Origin: a virus
DNA: 64,000 nt
Strand: one strand, 5' to 3'
IMG/VR virus record: IMGVR_UViG_3300047476_000577
Coordinates: 1 to 64,000 of that record
The notes under the pieces were generated by a model that worked only from the letters and a program-made list of their open reading frames with translations, did not search any database and was not told the origin of the DNA. Position numbers and translations under genes: made by a program. How positions within the stretch are numbered: position 1 is the stretch's first letter; each line of letters starts with the position of its first letter. Of the stretch, positions 1 to 9,683 are shown piece by piece.

Positions 1-993
1 AGCACTAGCAATTTCGGCTAGCATAGTCTCTTGTTTAGCATCGTGTAAGTCTTGACCGCAAGCGTGACAAGTGTGTTCTTTCGTTTTAGATAGTGCAAGA
101 TTCAGTTCGCTTACTTGTTGCTCTAGCTTTTTCTTTGCAGAACTATGTACTGATAGGTCTTTGTTAAGTCGCTTTAGTTGCGACTCTAACTCTTTCCATC
201 GTGCAAGTTCTTTATGTGCAGCAAGTTCTGCATCAATGTCTATGTTTTCTAATTCTTTAATAGCAGCGTGTAGCTTTTCGATGTCAGTTTCTCTACTCTT
301 AAGCCATAATGCGCTACGGCGCTCTAAGTCTGCAATACTTTTTTCTATCTTAAGATTGCTTTCTTGTTGCGCCTTAATTTTAAATTCTTCTTCCTTAACA
401 CTGTCCTTGATAGTCTTGATAAGCTCTTTAAGAACAGTAGCCTTTTCGCTAAGTTGCGTGATACCTAGCAACTGCTCGATAATCTCACGCTGGTCGTTAG
501 CTTTAAGGCTGAGGAAAGGAGGAGTATAGGTATTAAGTGCAACAATATGCCTAAACATATCTGCACTTAATCCTAGTACACGTTCGATGTGCTCTTGTGT
601 TAGTTTGCTTTCGCCTTGTCCTTCATCAGTTCCACCATTGTTGACTTCGGAATCGTTAACAAGAAAGCGGAAGACGTTCGGCTTGCGCCCACGTTCGATT
701 TTATAGCTGTGTCCGTTCTTTTCGAACTCGACAGTAACGAGCATATTTTTTGCGTTGGTTTTGTTAACAAGATTGTCTTTCCTGATATCAGTAACGGCTG
801 TACCATACAAGCCGTAGCACAATGCGTTTAGCAGTGTTGTTTTACCAGTGCCGTTACGACTACCATCGCCGCCTTGGTCGAGGTTGTTGCCTAGCACTAG
901 TGTTAATCCGTGCTGGTCGAACTTTACAGCTTGGCTAACGTTGCCTACGCTCATAAAGTTCTTCACAGTTAAATTTTTAATCTTTAAGCTCAT
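1..993 (-). CDS. gp46: Recombination endonuclease ATPase subunit (T4 gp46/SbcC/Rad50-like), N-terminal part; runs off window start
   Basis: Not in ORF track; own translation from ATG at 993: MSLKIKNLTVKNFMSVGN, Walker A NGTGKTT, coiled coil, zinc-hook CHAC; directly downstream of gp47. Confidence 0.93.
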   Translation of the reverse strand, partial: MSLKIKNLTVKNFMSVGNVSQAVKFDQHGLTLVLGNNLDQGGDGSRNGTGKTTLLNALCYGLYGTAVTDIRKDNLVNKTNAKNMLVTVEFEKNGHSYKIERGRKPNVFRFLVNDSEVNNGGTDEGQGESKLTQEHIERVLGLSADMFRHIVALNTYTPPFLSLKANDQREIIEQLLGITQLSEKATVLKELIKTIKDSVKEEEFKIKAQQESNLKIEKSIADLERRSALWLKSRETDIEKLHAAIKELENIDIDAELAAHKELARWKELESQLKRLNKDLSVHSSAKKKLEQQVSELNLALSKTKEHTCHACGQDLHDAKQETMLAEIASA

Positions 994-1004
994 ATCTTGT
1001 TATT

Positions 1005-2024
1005 TTAATTTAAACTGTTGTAGATTTCAATCAGTGTTTGCTTGTTAATTACATCACTATCAATAGCTGCAAGCTGACTTAACACAATGCTATCGACGCT
1101 TTCGAATTTAATCTCGCCTTCGTCCCATTCCTGGGCGTGTTCGTCTTTCTTTGCAGGAATAAAGCTAATTTCACGAACTTTGTACACTTCTTGAAAGTTT
1201 TCTTTAAGAAAATTGCTTTCTTCGTAAGAAATGTCGATATCTACAGTAACTCTTGCAAATGTATTAGAGTCTAGGTAGTTCTCGGGATTTTCGATTAGCT
1301 TGGATAGTGCAATGGTACGGAATTTAGGAGCGTCTGGCCAAGCAACATATTTAGGTTCTCCTCCCCATTCTAGCATCATCATACCGCGATCGTCGTCCCA
1401 CGCATCTGCAAAAGTATGCGGGAATGGGTTTCCAATGTAGTGTACATTGCCTTGACTTTGGCGTTTATGGAAATGTCCGCTAAACACATAGTCTTGGTTA
1501 GGAAAGTTTTTACTATTAAGTCCACCGTGATCTGGCATCTGGACCATAGCATTCATATAAAAGTTCGGAAGCTCGAAGTGTCCAAAAACGTACTTAGACT
1601 TAAGAGTCTTCATTTGCTTCCACTCGTCTTCTACTAGCCAAGGCACAATAGATACGTTGCCATCTGTTAGGATATCATTAACAATGACTACGTTGTCGAT
1701 GTTCCTAGCAAAAGGCAAACTGCTAATTTCACGTTTCTCACGATAGTACAAATCGTGGTTGCCAGAAATCAAGTATACCTTTTCGAAGTTTCTGCTTAGT
1801 GTTTCTAGATTACTAACAGTATAGTTCAACGTGCTAACGTTAACGCTAGCACGATGATCGTGCCAATCACCTAAAAAGATAGCTGTCTCGCAGCCGTTTG
1901 CTTTAGCAGTCTCGCAAAACCAGTTAACGAAATTTTCGCAGTCCTGATTATGCGACCTGCTGTTGTTGCGTCTACCAAAATGGATATCAGTAAAGCACGC
2001 TACCTTCTTAAACAAATTACTCAT
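1005..2024 (-). CDS. gp47: Recombination endonuclease nuclease subunit (T4 gp47/SbcD/Mre11-like)
   Basis: Metallophosphoesterase motifs DIHFG, GDWHD, GNHD, GHF, SGHFH. Confidence 0.93.
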   Translation of the reverse strand: MSNLFKKVACFTDIHFGRRNNSRSHNQDCENFVNWFCETAKANGCETAIFLGDWHDHRASVNVSTLNYTVSNLETLSRNFEKVYLISGNHDLYYREKREISSLPFARNIDNVVIVNDILTDGNVSIVPWLVEDEWKQMKTLKSKYVFGHFELPNFYMNAMVQMPDHGGLNSKNFPNQDYVFSGHFHKRQSQGNVHYIGNPFPHTFADAWDDDRGMMMLEWGGEPKYVAWPDAPKFRTIALSKLIENPENYLDSNTFARVTVDIDISYEESNFLKENFQEVYKVREISFIPAKKDEHAQEWDEGEIKFESVDSIVLSQLAAIDSDVINKQTLIEIYNSLN

Positions 2025-2922
2025 CGATTGATCCTACATTATCTTTAAGGGCGAGAGCTCGCTCCTTCTCGATAATTGTAGCATACTCGTGTTCAAGTTG
2101 TCTAGTGAAACTGGGCATCTGTCCAGATTCCATTAGCAAGTCGTCTCTGATTAATTGGTTTTTCTTTTCGATGTTTACAATGCGAGTGAAGCTATTGGTT
2201 AGCACTGCGGTATAGTAAGCAAACGGATTGTCGGACTTTGATTCGTCAAACTGTAGACCAATTTGACTGAGTTGAAGTAATGCTTGTCCACGCATTTCCT
2301 CAATATAAGTGTATCCGCGCCAGTTGCTACGCATACTATATCGTTCTGCTAGCTTTAGATACATTTTTGCGAGATTATTAGTAGTTTTTCCGTGTTCTAC
2401 ACTAAATTCTCCGCTAGTTAAGTCGCCTTTCCAGTGGCTCCTGACTACTTCTGTTACTTTACCGTCGATGAATGAAAAGTGTTTAAATGGTGGAAAGTTA
2501 ACTTTGGTGTGATGGTCAGCAGTGCTTTTTGGTTTATTCTTTCGTCCTGGTTCTTCTGGAATATGGTCAAAAGTCATAATTCTAAACACAAGGTCTTCGT
2601 TTGGAATCGTTGTAGGGTCAATTTGGAACTGAGCCATTTTTGGCTTTTCGCCTTTGCTGTTACGTTCCTGCCATTGTGCTACTGCTGCTTCTAATAGTTC
2701 TGCTGCTCGTTTATCAGCACGTTTCTGTCTGGCATATTCGACGATACCCTCGGGGTACTGTTCGCTAACTGCATTAGATTCGATATCGGATATGCTAGCG
2801 ACAATAACGTCATAGTCTGCGTACTTCTTGTCGAGCAACCAACTATAAGTTAATTTACTTCTATGTATTTCCTTGAGCAATTCTTTATTACTCAAGTATA
2901 TTTTAGGTGCATTGGTTGTCAT
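2017..2922 (-). CDS. gp55: Late-transcription sigma factor (T4 gp55-like) with large insertion
   Basis: YLSNKELL N-terminus; NWRGYTY..EM..QA and FDESKSDNPFAYYT motifs; gp55-gp47-gp46 order as in T4-like phages. Confidence 0.85.
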   Translation of the reverse strand: MTTNAPKIYLSNKELLKEIHRSKLTYSWLLDKKYADYDVIVASISDIESNAVSEQYPEGIVEYARQKRADKRAAELLEAAVAQWQERNSKGEKPKMAQFQIDPTTIPNEDLVFRIMTFDHIPEEPGRKNKPKSTADHHTKVNFPPFKHFSFIDGKVTEVVRSHWKGDLTSGEFSVEHGKTTNNLAKMYLKLAERYSMRSNWRGYTYIEEMRGQALLQLSQIGLQFDESKSDNPFAYYTAVLTNSFTRIVNIEKKNQLIRDDLLMESGQMPSFTRQLEHEYATIIEKERALALKDNVGSIDE

Positions 2923-2928
2923 AGTGTT

Positions 2929-2958
2929 ACTGTAGCAAAAATACTACACTGTTGTCAA
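2929..2958 (-). promoter_or_regulatory. Sigma70-type promoter of the gp55-like gene (TTGACA-18-TACAGT), apparently leaderless
   Basis: -10 box ends 6 nt before the ATG at 2922; no SD. Confidence 0.5.
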
Positions 2959-2989
2959 CCGAATCATTAAAACTAGTGTTTTTGTTTTC

Positions 2990-2997
2990 AATAAATA
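2990..2997 (+). promoter_or_regulatory. T4-type late promoter motif AATAAATA
   Basis: TATAAATA-like motif, followed by AAGGA and ATG at 3015. Confidence 0.6.
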
Positions 2998-3014
2998 CAC
3001 TAAAGGATATTAGT

Positions 3015-3623
3015 ATGCGAGCCAACGAACTTTCTAGATTTTTAGTAATTTACCCTGGTAGATTCCAGCCCTTCCACTTGGGGCATAAAAGCGTCTACGA
3101 CTATTTGCTAAAAACATTTAAGTCTAGCCCAGTATACATTGCAACTAGCAACAAAGTAGAGCCACCTAAGAGCCCATTTAACTTTGAAGAAAAGTCATAT
3201 ATGATGGAATTAACAGGTGTGCCGTCGAGGGCTATTGTACAGTGCAAACAACCCTACAAAGCAGAAGAGATTACTGCTAACTACGATCCTGCTAAAACCG
3301 TACTAGTATTTGCAGTCAGCGAAAAGGATATGGCAGAAGATCCTCGATTTGCATTCAAACCGCTTAAAGACGGCCGCCCTAGCTATTTCCAAAGGTTTGA
3401 TCCACACGGACAATTAGCAGGATTTGACAAACACGGTTATGTAACTACTGTTCCTACTGTTAACTTTAACGTATTAGGTAAACCAGTTAAGAGTGCGAGC
3501 GAAATACGTGCACTGTATGCTGGTGCAGATGAACAGCAACGTAAGCAAATTGTAGAAAGTTTATACGGTAAATTTGATGCTGGCGCATACAACATACTAA
3601 ACAAAGGCTTATTAAATGGCTGA
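3015..3623 (+). CDS. Cytidylyltransferase-like (HxGH) nucleotidyltransferase
   Basis: YPGRFQPFHLGH and SASEIR motifs; start moved to ATG 3015 after an RBS. Confidence 0.8.
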   Translation: MRANELSRFLVIYPGRFQPFHLGHKSVYDYLLKTFKSSPVYIATSNKVEPPKSPFNFEEKSYMMELTGVPSRAIVQCKQPYKAEEITANYDPAKTVLVFAVSEKDMAEDPRFAFKPLKDGRPSYFQRFDPHGQLAGFDKHGYVTTVPTVNFNVLGKPVKSASEIRALYAGADEQQRKQIVESLYGKFDAGAYNILNKGLLNG

Positions 3624-4230
3624 TAATAGAGTTTACCTAAGGCTAAAAAGAGGGTCAGCTGATCCTATATTTGACTACCCTGTAATGGCACCGCTTAAGA
3701 AGTTCGGCGGTGTAATGTTCCCCTACACTCCTATCGTTCAGCACGTGCAGCAAGTGTCCTGGCAGCAAAATGCTCTAACCCATACTAACTATGCACCACA
3801 AGTCTACGGCCGTACCGAGAATCCTAAAATTAATATCAACGATGCTAAGTTTACTGCTACTACAGACGAAGATGCACAATACTTGTTGGGTGTGCTGTTC
3901 TTCTTTAAGTACATTACAAAAATGAATTTTGGTAAGCGTGACGGTAAAGCAGGCACGCCGCCTCCTGTGCTAGAGTTTAGCGGCTACGGACAAAGTCAAT
4001 ATAACAATGTACCTGTCGTTATAGCTAGCGTAAACTATCAATATCCTAACGACATAGATTATGTAAGAGTAAAGACTGCTTTCAGTGGCACTGGTCAAGA
4101 AGAACTAGTACCAGCAGTTATGTCGCTCAGTATAGATATGCTAGTTCAGTATAACGTTAAAGACATAAGAGATAATTTTAGTTTAAGTGATATGGCATCA
4201 GGCAAACTTGCAGGAAAAGGATATATTTAA
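3616..4230 (+). CDS. Baseplate/tail-tube initiator-like structural protein
   Basis: FPYTP and GTPPPVLEFSGYG motifs; lies before the gp53-like gene. Confidence 0.6.
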   Translation: MADNRVYLRLKRGSADPIFDYPVMAPLKKFGGVMFPYTPIVQHVQQVSWQQNALTHTNYAPQVYGRTENPKININDAKFTATTDEDAQYLLGVLFFFKYITKMNFGKRDGKAGTPPPVLEFSGYGQSQYNNVPVVIASVNYQYPNDIDYVRVKTAFSGTGQEELVPAVMSLSIDMLVQYNVKDIRDNFSLSDMASGKLAGKGYI

Positions 4231-4517
4231 TGGAATACAAATCATCTAGCCCTTATTACAATACACCTGTAACTAAATTTTATTTAGATGTAGGCATACC
4301 TGCTATTCCAAGAGATGGTTCTGAAGTTCCTGTAACTATAGAACCTAAATATCACCGCCGTCCGGATCTACTAGCATACGAGTTATATGGAACTAGCCGC
4401 CTATGGTGGCTGTTTGCCGCAGTTAACCCAGACGTACTACAGGACCCTGTATTTGATTTTACAACAGGTAAAGAGATAGTGCTGTTAAGTAAAGAACGAG
4501 CACAAGAATATCAATAA
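4230..4517 (+). CDS. gp53: Baseplate wedge LysM-like protein (gp53-like)
   Basis: RPDLLAYELYGTSRLWWLFAAVNP motif. Confidence 0.75.
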   Translation: MEYKSSSPYYNTPVTKFYLDVGIPAIPRDGSEVPVTIEPKYHRRPDLLAYELYGTSRLWWLFAAVNPDVLQDPVFDFTTGKEIVLLSKERAQEYQ

Positions 4518-4531
4518 TACAAAGACACACA

Positions 4532-6883
4532 ATGACAGCTAAACCGCCAATTGACCAAGTAGCAAATAAAGCTAAGGTAGTAAATGCTACACTAAGTAAA
4601 ACATCCGCGGTTAACTCTGCCGAGCAGCAACAAAAAGATTCCAGAGCAAGAGACACTGCGGTGGTACCTGTACAGGAACAATTAGCAGCAGGTGCAAAGT
4701 TTTTAGATAATGTGCTGCAAGGCTACGATAACGTTGCTTACAATTTTAAACTAGTGATGGTTAACCCTGCACTAGTTGAAAACTTTGACATAACGCAAGG
4801 CATTGTGCTAGCACAGTCCGGTGTCACAACTGACTTAGTTATTAAAGATTGTTCATTTACACATATTGTAGGTTGGACAAATAAAGCACAAGGCGCATTC
4901 GCCCACAGTGGCAAGATGACTATTGTCGAACCTTTAGGTGTTAAGTTTTTAGATAAGCTAGTTACTGCTGCTCGTGCTCTTCGTATTCCTAATCATACAC
5001 AGGCACGCTATCTATTAGAGCTAACATTTAATGGAAGAAACAAAGAAACTGGCGCAGAAGAAATGGGAATCACGCACCATATATGGAGTATCTTCTTTGT
5101 TAAAGTTCAAATGAAAGTAGGCGTAGAAGGCGGCCAGTACAACATTGAATTTAGAAATCAGTTAGAAGCAGCGCAAGAAAACATTGTAGAAAACTTAAAA
5201 GATATTGTTAACATCCCTGCTAATACCTTGCGTGATTACTTTGCAGGTTTAGAAAAAGCATTAAACGAACGAGAAGCAAAGAACGTGGGCATTACTAAGT
5301 TTGTTCCTAACGAATATAGATTTGTAATCGACCCGGAAATTGCAGGCTACTCTTTTGCTAACTTTAATCCTAGCCAAGTTTCTAAGTCAAAAAATCAACA
5401 CACCAAGGACGGCAAAGCAGTTGCTTCTTTTAGAGAAGGTACAGGCATATTAGGTTTAATTAACGTTATTATGTCTGGCACTGATCAGTTTCAACACTTC
5501 CAAAAACAGAAGTCAGGTGATACTAAAAAGACTAACGAAACATTGGCTACGAAGAAAGACAAAGAGCAGGCAGACGTTGCAGCCGATCTAGCTAAATTTT
5601 ATAGAGTACAGACTTGGTGCGAGTGCACTGACTTTGACTTCTTTACTAAGGACTACGGTAAGAAGCTAACATTTTTTGTGTTCCCCTCGCTAGCACCACA
5701 AATTATTACACCTAGTGAGCAAGATATTGCATCGTCTAAAGAATACGGCGAATACGTTTCTATGCAAAAGAAAGCAGCATTAGAAGCACAATCCTTGCTA
5801 GCTAAACGCTACGACTATATGTATACTGGTATGAACACTAGTGTAGAAGATTTTGATATTCAAATGAACTACTCGTTTTACCAGGCGCTACCTCCTAGTG
5901 ATGCAGGCTTCGTTGCAGATGCAAGTCAGTTAGGTAAGAAGATGGATCCTAACCTGACACCTGAGTTATTAAAGGATAAGCAAGAAGTAAGAAAACGCTG
6001 GGAAGCAAACAAAGTAGAAATTACACGTTTAGAAACCCAAGGCAAAGGCACGTCATCGGAAGCAGAAAAGCTAAAGAAGGAACAGCAACAACTAGCAGGC
6101 GCCTTAACAGAAGAACAAGCTCTTAAGAAACAAGCACTTGGCCCGTTACGAGTATTCGAGCAGAATCAAGGTAGAGGTTACAAGGAACCTAGACTACATT
6201 ATGTAGACGATGGCGAAGTCGCTTACATTAACGATAGCTCATTAGATCCTCAATTTATTGTCTACCGATTCCTAGAAGATGATGTAGGTACAGAATTAAC
6301 TAGCGGCGGCGTAGAGGGCCCGTATGCTAAAAACAGAGGTGCATTCGCCTACGTGTTTAACCAACTGCGCCAAAGTGGCGATTTAATTCAAATTAAAGTC
6401 AGGGTTGTAGGTGATCCGTATTGGTTTGGTAGAGACAACAAAATCTTAGCAGACCTAAAGAAAAACGTAGCAGGACAAAAAAGCATAATGACTGCACAAC
6501 AGTCTAGTGACTTGAAAAAGCAATACGCAGACTACGAAAAGGGTGCTAACTACTTTTACATCAAGTTTCAGGGACCTAACGACTATAACCCTGCAACAGG
6601 TTATGTTGAATTTGATACTAACGATGTTATTAGCGGTGTGTACCTTGTAAAAACAGTTACATCTACATTTGAAGGCGGCAAGTTTACGCAGACCTTAGAT
6701 GCAGTCAAGGATATGGTTATTATGCAACCGTTCATCGTTAAAACTGAGAAACAGTTTACTAAGGATAGAACAGATAAGCTAGTAACAGATAAAGAATTCG
6801 CACAAAAGAATAAAACAGAAGTTAAGCAACTAGCAGACGCAGGCGATCAACGTGCAAAAGATATGTTAAAGAAACTCAAATAA
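4532..6883 (+). CDS. Putative baseplate hub protein (gp27-like)
   Basis: C-terminal VVGDPYW...SGVYLVKTVTSTFEGGKFTQTL typical of hub proteins; between gp53 and gp5. Confidence 0.6.
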   Translation: MTAKPPIDQVANKAKVVNATLSKTSAVNSAEQQQKDSRARDTAVVPVQEQLAAGAKFLDNVLQGYDNVAYNFKLVMVNPALVENFDITQGIVLAQSGVTTDLVIKDCSFTHIVGWTNKAQGAFAHSGKMTIVEPLGVKFLDKLVTAARALRIPNHTQARYLLELTFNGRNKETGAEEMGITHHIWSIFFVKVQMKVGVEGGQYNIEFRNQLEAAQENIVENLKDIVNIPANTLRDYFAGLEKALNEREAKNVGITKFVPNEYRFVIDPEIAGYSFANFNPSQVSKSKNQHTKDGKAVASFREGTGILGLINVIMSGTDQFQHFQKQKSGDTKKTNETLATKKDKEQADVAADLAKFYRVQTWCECTDFDFFTKDYGKKLTFFVFPSLAPQIITPSEQDIASSKEYGEYVSMQKKAALEAQSLLAKRYDYMYTGMNTSVEDFDIQMNYSFYQALPPSDAGFVADASQLGKKMDPNLTPELLKDKQEVRKRWEANKVEITRLETQGKGTSSEAEKLKKEQQQLAGALTEEQALKKQALGPLRVFEQNQGRGYKEPRLHYVDDGEVAYINDSSLDPQFIVYRFLEDDVGTELTSGGVEGPYAKNRGAFAYVFNQLRQSGDLIQIKVRVVGDPYWFGRDNKILADLKKNVAGQKSIMTAQQSSDLKKQYADYEKGANYFYIKFQGPNDYNPATGYVEFDTNDVISGVYLVKTVTSTFEGGKFTQTLDAVKDMVIMQPFIVKTEKQFTKDRTDKLVTDKEFAQKNKTEVKQLADAGDQRAKDMLKKLK

Positions 6884-6891
6884 ATTAGTAT

Positions 6892-8865
6892 ATGGCAAAG
6901 TCTACATTAGCAGGTCAGGTAAGGGAACAGTATAAAGACGGATCAAGCGGCAGGATTAACCTAGCAGCAGGCCTCTACTTGGCTATTGTAAAAGATACAG
7001 TAGACGAGCAAAAACAAGGTCGCATACGTGTATGGGTTCCGGAATTTAAAAGCAATCCAGAAGATGAAACTAGTTGGCTAACTGTTAGCTATTGTAGTCC
7101 GTTTGCCGGCGCAACAGATCCATTCAAGCTAGGCAGCAACGTACAAGAGTTTAGTGACACACAAAAGTCGTACGGATTTTGGTTTACATTACCCGATGTT
7201 AACAACGAAGTTTTAGTAGCTTTCCCTAGTGGTGATTTAAGCAGGGGTGTATGGTTAGGCAGTTTATTTCAAGCAGCTAGTAGTTATGCTGTTCCTGGTA
7301 TTGCGTATGGTAATACATATGGAGAACAGAAGAACGAATACTATCCTAGCGCAGAAAAGAATAAGAAAGATACAGACGGTAACGATGATCTGCGCCCTAA
7401 GCATACTACACTAGGTACGGCACTAAACCGCCAAGGTCTACTGTCGGACTTAACTAGGGGCGCAGGCACTAGCAGTTCTATGCGAGAAAGTCCTAGTCGT
7501 GTGTTTGGTATTCTTACACCCGGCCAGCATCAGTTTGTTATGGATGACGGCGACGAAGCAGGCGGCAACAGTTTAATTCGTTTCCGTACAGCAAATGGCG
7601 CCCAGATATTAATTGATGATACACACGGTTTAATTTACTTTGTAAACAAAGACGGAACTGCTTGGTTAGAACTCAATCAAGAAGGACATATAGATGCTTA
7701 TGCTGCTCAAGGTATTAACTTAAATGCAGCAGGAGACTTCAACATACGTGCCGGCGGCAATGTTAACATAGAGGCAGCAGGAGACTTTAATGTAAAGTCC
7801 AATGAAATGCGTATGTTTGCTAATAATACTTTTAATCTAAGTTCAGTTAGCGGAACTAAGTTAAGCACAGGGGGCAATACTGAAATAGGTAGTAGCGGCG
7901 ATCACATCGAAACTGCGGCACACGTGCATATGAACGGACCGTTAGCAGCAGAAGCAACTCCACCTACAGTTAATCAATTACCAGTTAACGTTGTGGTAAG
8001 AAAGAGTATTGCAAGTAGAGTGCCGGAAGCAGAACCTTGGAAAGGTCACGAAGTTAGCGCCAGTACGTTAAGCAGAGGTCAGAGTAGTCAAACTGCGGCA
8101 GGCTCATTAGGCAGTGCAGGCGGCGAAGGCGAACCTAGTGGAGACGGTAAAGTGGTTGATACAAGCGATATTACTCCTACCGAAAATGTTGATACAAAGA
8201 CTTGCACCCCAGTAGGAACACTACACGTTAGTAAGAATATTGTAGATTACATTATTGCTAAAGAGCGCTGGCGTCCTGTAGAGTACTGGGACTTTAGAAG
8301 CAACAGTATCGGATTCGGACATTTACAGGATGGCAAGAGTTATGACAGCCCGACTGAGTTTGACAACGGCTTAGATTGGGATGCAGCTTATAACAAGTTT
8401 TTACAAGACATTAAGAGCTTTGAAAATGCAATTAAGAGTTTGTTTAAGTCTACAAAATGTATGACACAGAACCAGTTCGATGCTCTAGTGTCTGCTGCAT
8501 ATAATATGGGCCAAGGCAACTTAATGAAGTGCAACTCTAGCGGGAAGAAGATAACTGACTTGGCTGCGGCAGGAGAATGGGAAGGTGTTGCAAACGCTAT
8601 AGCAGGTTATCCGCACGAACAAGGCCGCCGCCAAGAAGAAGCAGTTATACTGAAGAAGGGTTACTATCCTCCTAACACTAAGCCTAAAGACGCACTAATA
8701 CAAGAAGGTCTTAAGATTTGCAAGAGCTGGATAGAAGGCAATAGGGCACAAATTAAAGGACCTGCTATAGAAGGCAGACCCGGCGCATTTAAGCCTATAT
8801 TCGGTGCTCCTACAGAACGTCAAAAGAAACAATGGGCAGCAATTAAAGGCAAGTACGGACTATGA
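6892..8865 (+). CDS. gp5: Baseplate central spike gp5/VgrG-like with C-terminal lysozyme domain
   Basis: N-terminal OB fold (GRIRVWVPE, PDVNNEVLVAF), beta-helix repeats, then GH24-like motifs E...D...SIGFGH, TQNQFDALVSAAYNMG, RRQEE. Confidence 0.8.
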   Translation: MAKSTLAGQVREQYKDGSSGRINLAAGLYLAIVKDTVDEQKQGRIRVWVPEFKSNPEDETSWLTVSYCSPFAGATDPFKLGSNVQEFSDTQKSYGFWFTLPDVNNEVLVAFPSGDLSRGVWLGSLFQAASSYAVPGIAYGNTYGEQKNEYYPSAEKNKKDTDGNDDLRPKHTTLGTALNRQGLLSDLTRGAGTSSSMRESPSRVFGILTPGQHQFVMDDGDEAGGNSLIRFRTANGAQILIDDTHGLIYFVNKDGTAWLELNQEGHIDAYAAQGINLNAAGDFNIRAGGNVNIEAAGDFNVKSNEMRMFANNTFNLSSVSGTKLSTGGNTEIGSSGDHIETAAHVHMNGPLAAEATPPTVNQLPVNVVVRKSIASRVPEAEPWKGHEVSASTLSRGQSSQTAAGSLGSAGGEGEPSGDGKVVDTSDITPTENVDTKTCTPVGTLHVSKNIVDYIIAKERWRPVEYWDFRSNSIGFGHLQDGKSYDSPTEFDNGLDWDAAYNKFLQDIKSFENAIKSLFKSTKCMTQNQFDALVSAAYNMGQGNLMKCNSSGKKITDLAAAGEWEGVANAIAGYPHEQGRRQEEAVILKKGYYPPNTKPKDALIQEGLKICKSWIEGNRAQIKGPAIEGRPGAFKPIFGAPTERQKKQWAAIKGKYGL

Positions 8866-9075
8866 TCGTGTCCCAAATCGTAGTCCTATAAACAGTGCAT
8901 CGTTCTCATTGGCAAAGTCTACGTAAACACCGTTAGGTTCGTATCTAACACTGTAGTCTTCTATTTTATTTTCTTTGAGAAATTTCCAAATATCTAACAA
9001 GTCTAGGGTATACGCAAGGTTACCCATAACAGTCTTGTCGCTTGCTAGTTCTTTTATCAAGACAGATGCGCTCAT
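8860..9075 (-). CDS. Small hypothetical protein, FxLRW family (isolated copy)
   Basis: C-terminus VDFANENDALFIGLRFG. Confidence 0.6.
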   Translation of the reverse strand: MSASVLIKELASDKTVMGNLAYTLDLLDIWKFLKENKIEDYSVRYEPNGVYVDFANENDALFIGLRFGTRS

Positions 9076-9314
9076 TTGCCTGCTAAGTCCTTCATAAACT
9101 TTTCTTTAAGTTTCTCGTCTAGCAAGTCCTGCTCGTTTTTAAGTAAGTTAATGAATACTAGTTGTGCAGTTTTCGTTAAGAGTGCAATACCTTCGTCTGT
9201 TAAGTGACTGTAGTCTGCTCCTACTGAGCTAACATACGACAGCTTTTTATCTAATGCAGCCTGTTTGAGTACACCTAACAGTAAGTTAGCACATTCTTTA
9301 TCGTTAAACCGCAT
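9072..9314 (-). CDS. Hypothetical protein
   Basis: Likely start MRFNDKEC at 9314, which removes the overlap with the upstream gene. Confidence 0.55.
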   Translation of the reverse strand: MRFNDKECANLLLGVLKQAALDKKLSYVSSVGADYSHLTDEGIALLTKTAQLVFINLLKNEQDLLDEKLKEKFMKDLAGK

Positions 9315-9330
9315 CTTATAACTCACTGTC

Positions 9331-9534
9331 TTACTTTTTATAATAGACTCGGCCGTCCGTTTCAAAGTCCAAGCCCGCCATACGTCCCTCATAGGCGCGA
9401 CCATTGTACTGCAATTTAATCTTAACTGACTTATTGATAACCAAAGTAATGCTCGAATTTTGCTGAAAGTCATAGACAACTGCTTCTGTTAGTTTGCCGC
9501 TAGGCACTGCTTTAATTGTGCAATATTGTTCCAT
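9331..9534 (-). CDS. Hypothetical protein
   Basis: 67-aa ORF in a tightly packed minus-strand operon. Confidence 0.6.
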   Translation of the reverse strand: MEQYCTIKAVPSGKLTEAVVYDFQQNSSITLVINKSVKIKLQYNGRAYEGRMAGLDFETDGRVYYKK

Positions 9535-9536
9535 AG

Positions 9537-9683
9537 TTACACCTTGTATTTTTCTTGGATCTGTTTAATTTGATCTTTGTACTCTTGTTCTATGCGCTGA
9601 TCCCGTTTGTATAGCTTATAGAAAACTATAGCCAAAGGCACATAGAACAAAAAGAACGCTAGTAATCCAGCTTCGTAGTTCAT
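9537..9683 (-). CDS. Small single-pass membrane protein (48 aa)
   Basis: Own translation MNYEAGLLAFFLFYVPLAIVFYKLYKRDQRIEQEYKDQIKQIQEKYKV; ATGA overlap with the ligase stop. Confidence 0.6.
   Translation of the reverse strand: MNYEAGLLAFFLFYVPLAIVFYKLYKRDQRIEQEYKDQIKQIQEKYKV

Noticed and set aside
71-1048. Plus-strand ORFs 71-529, 616-831, 848-1048 and minus-strand 600-806
   Set aside because: Shadows of gp46 (1-993, minus), which the track missed because it runs off the window
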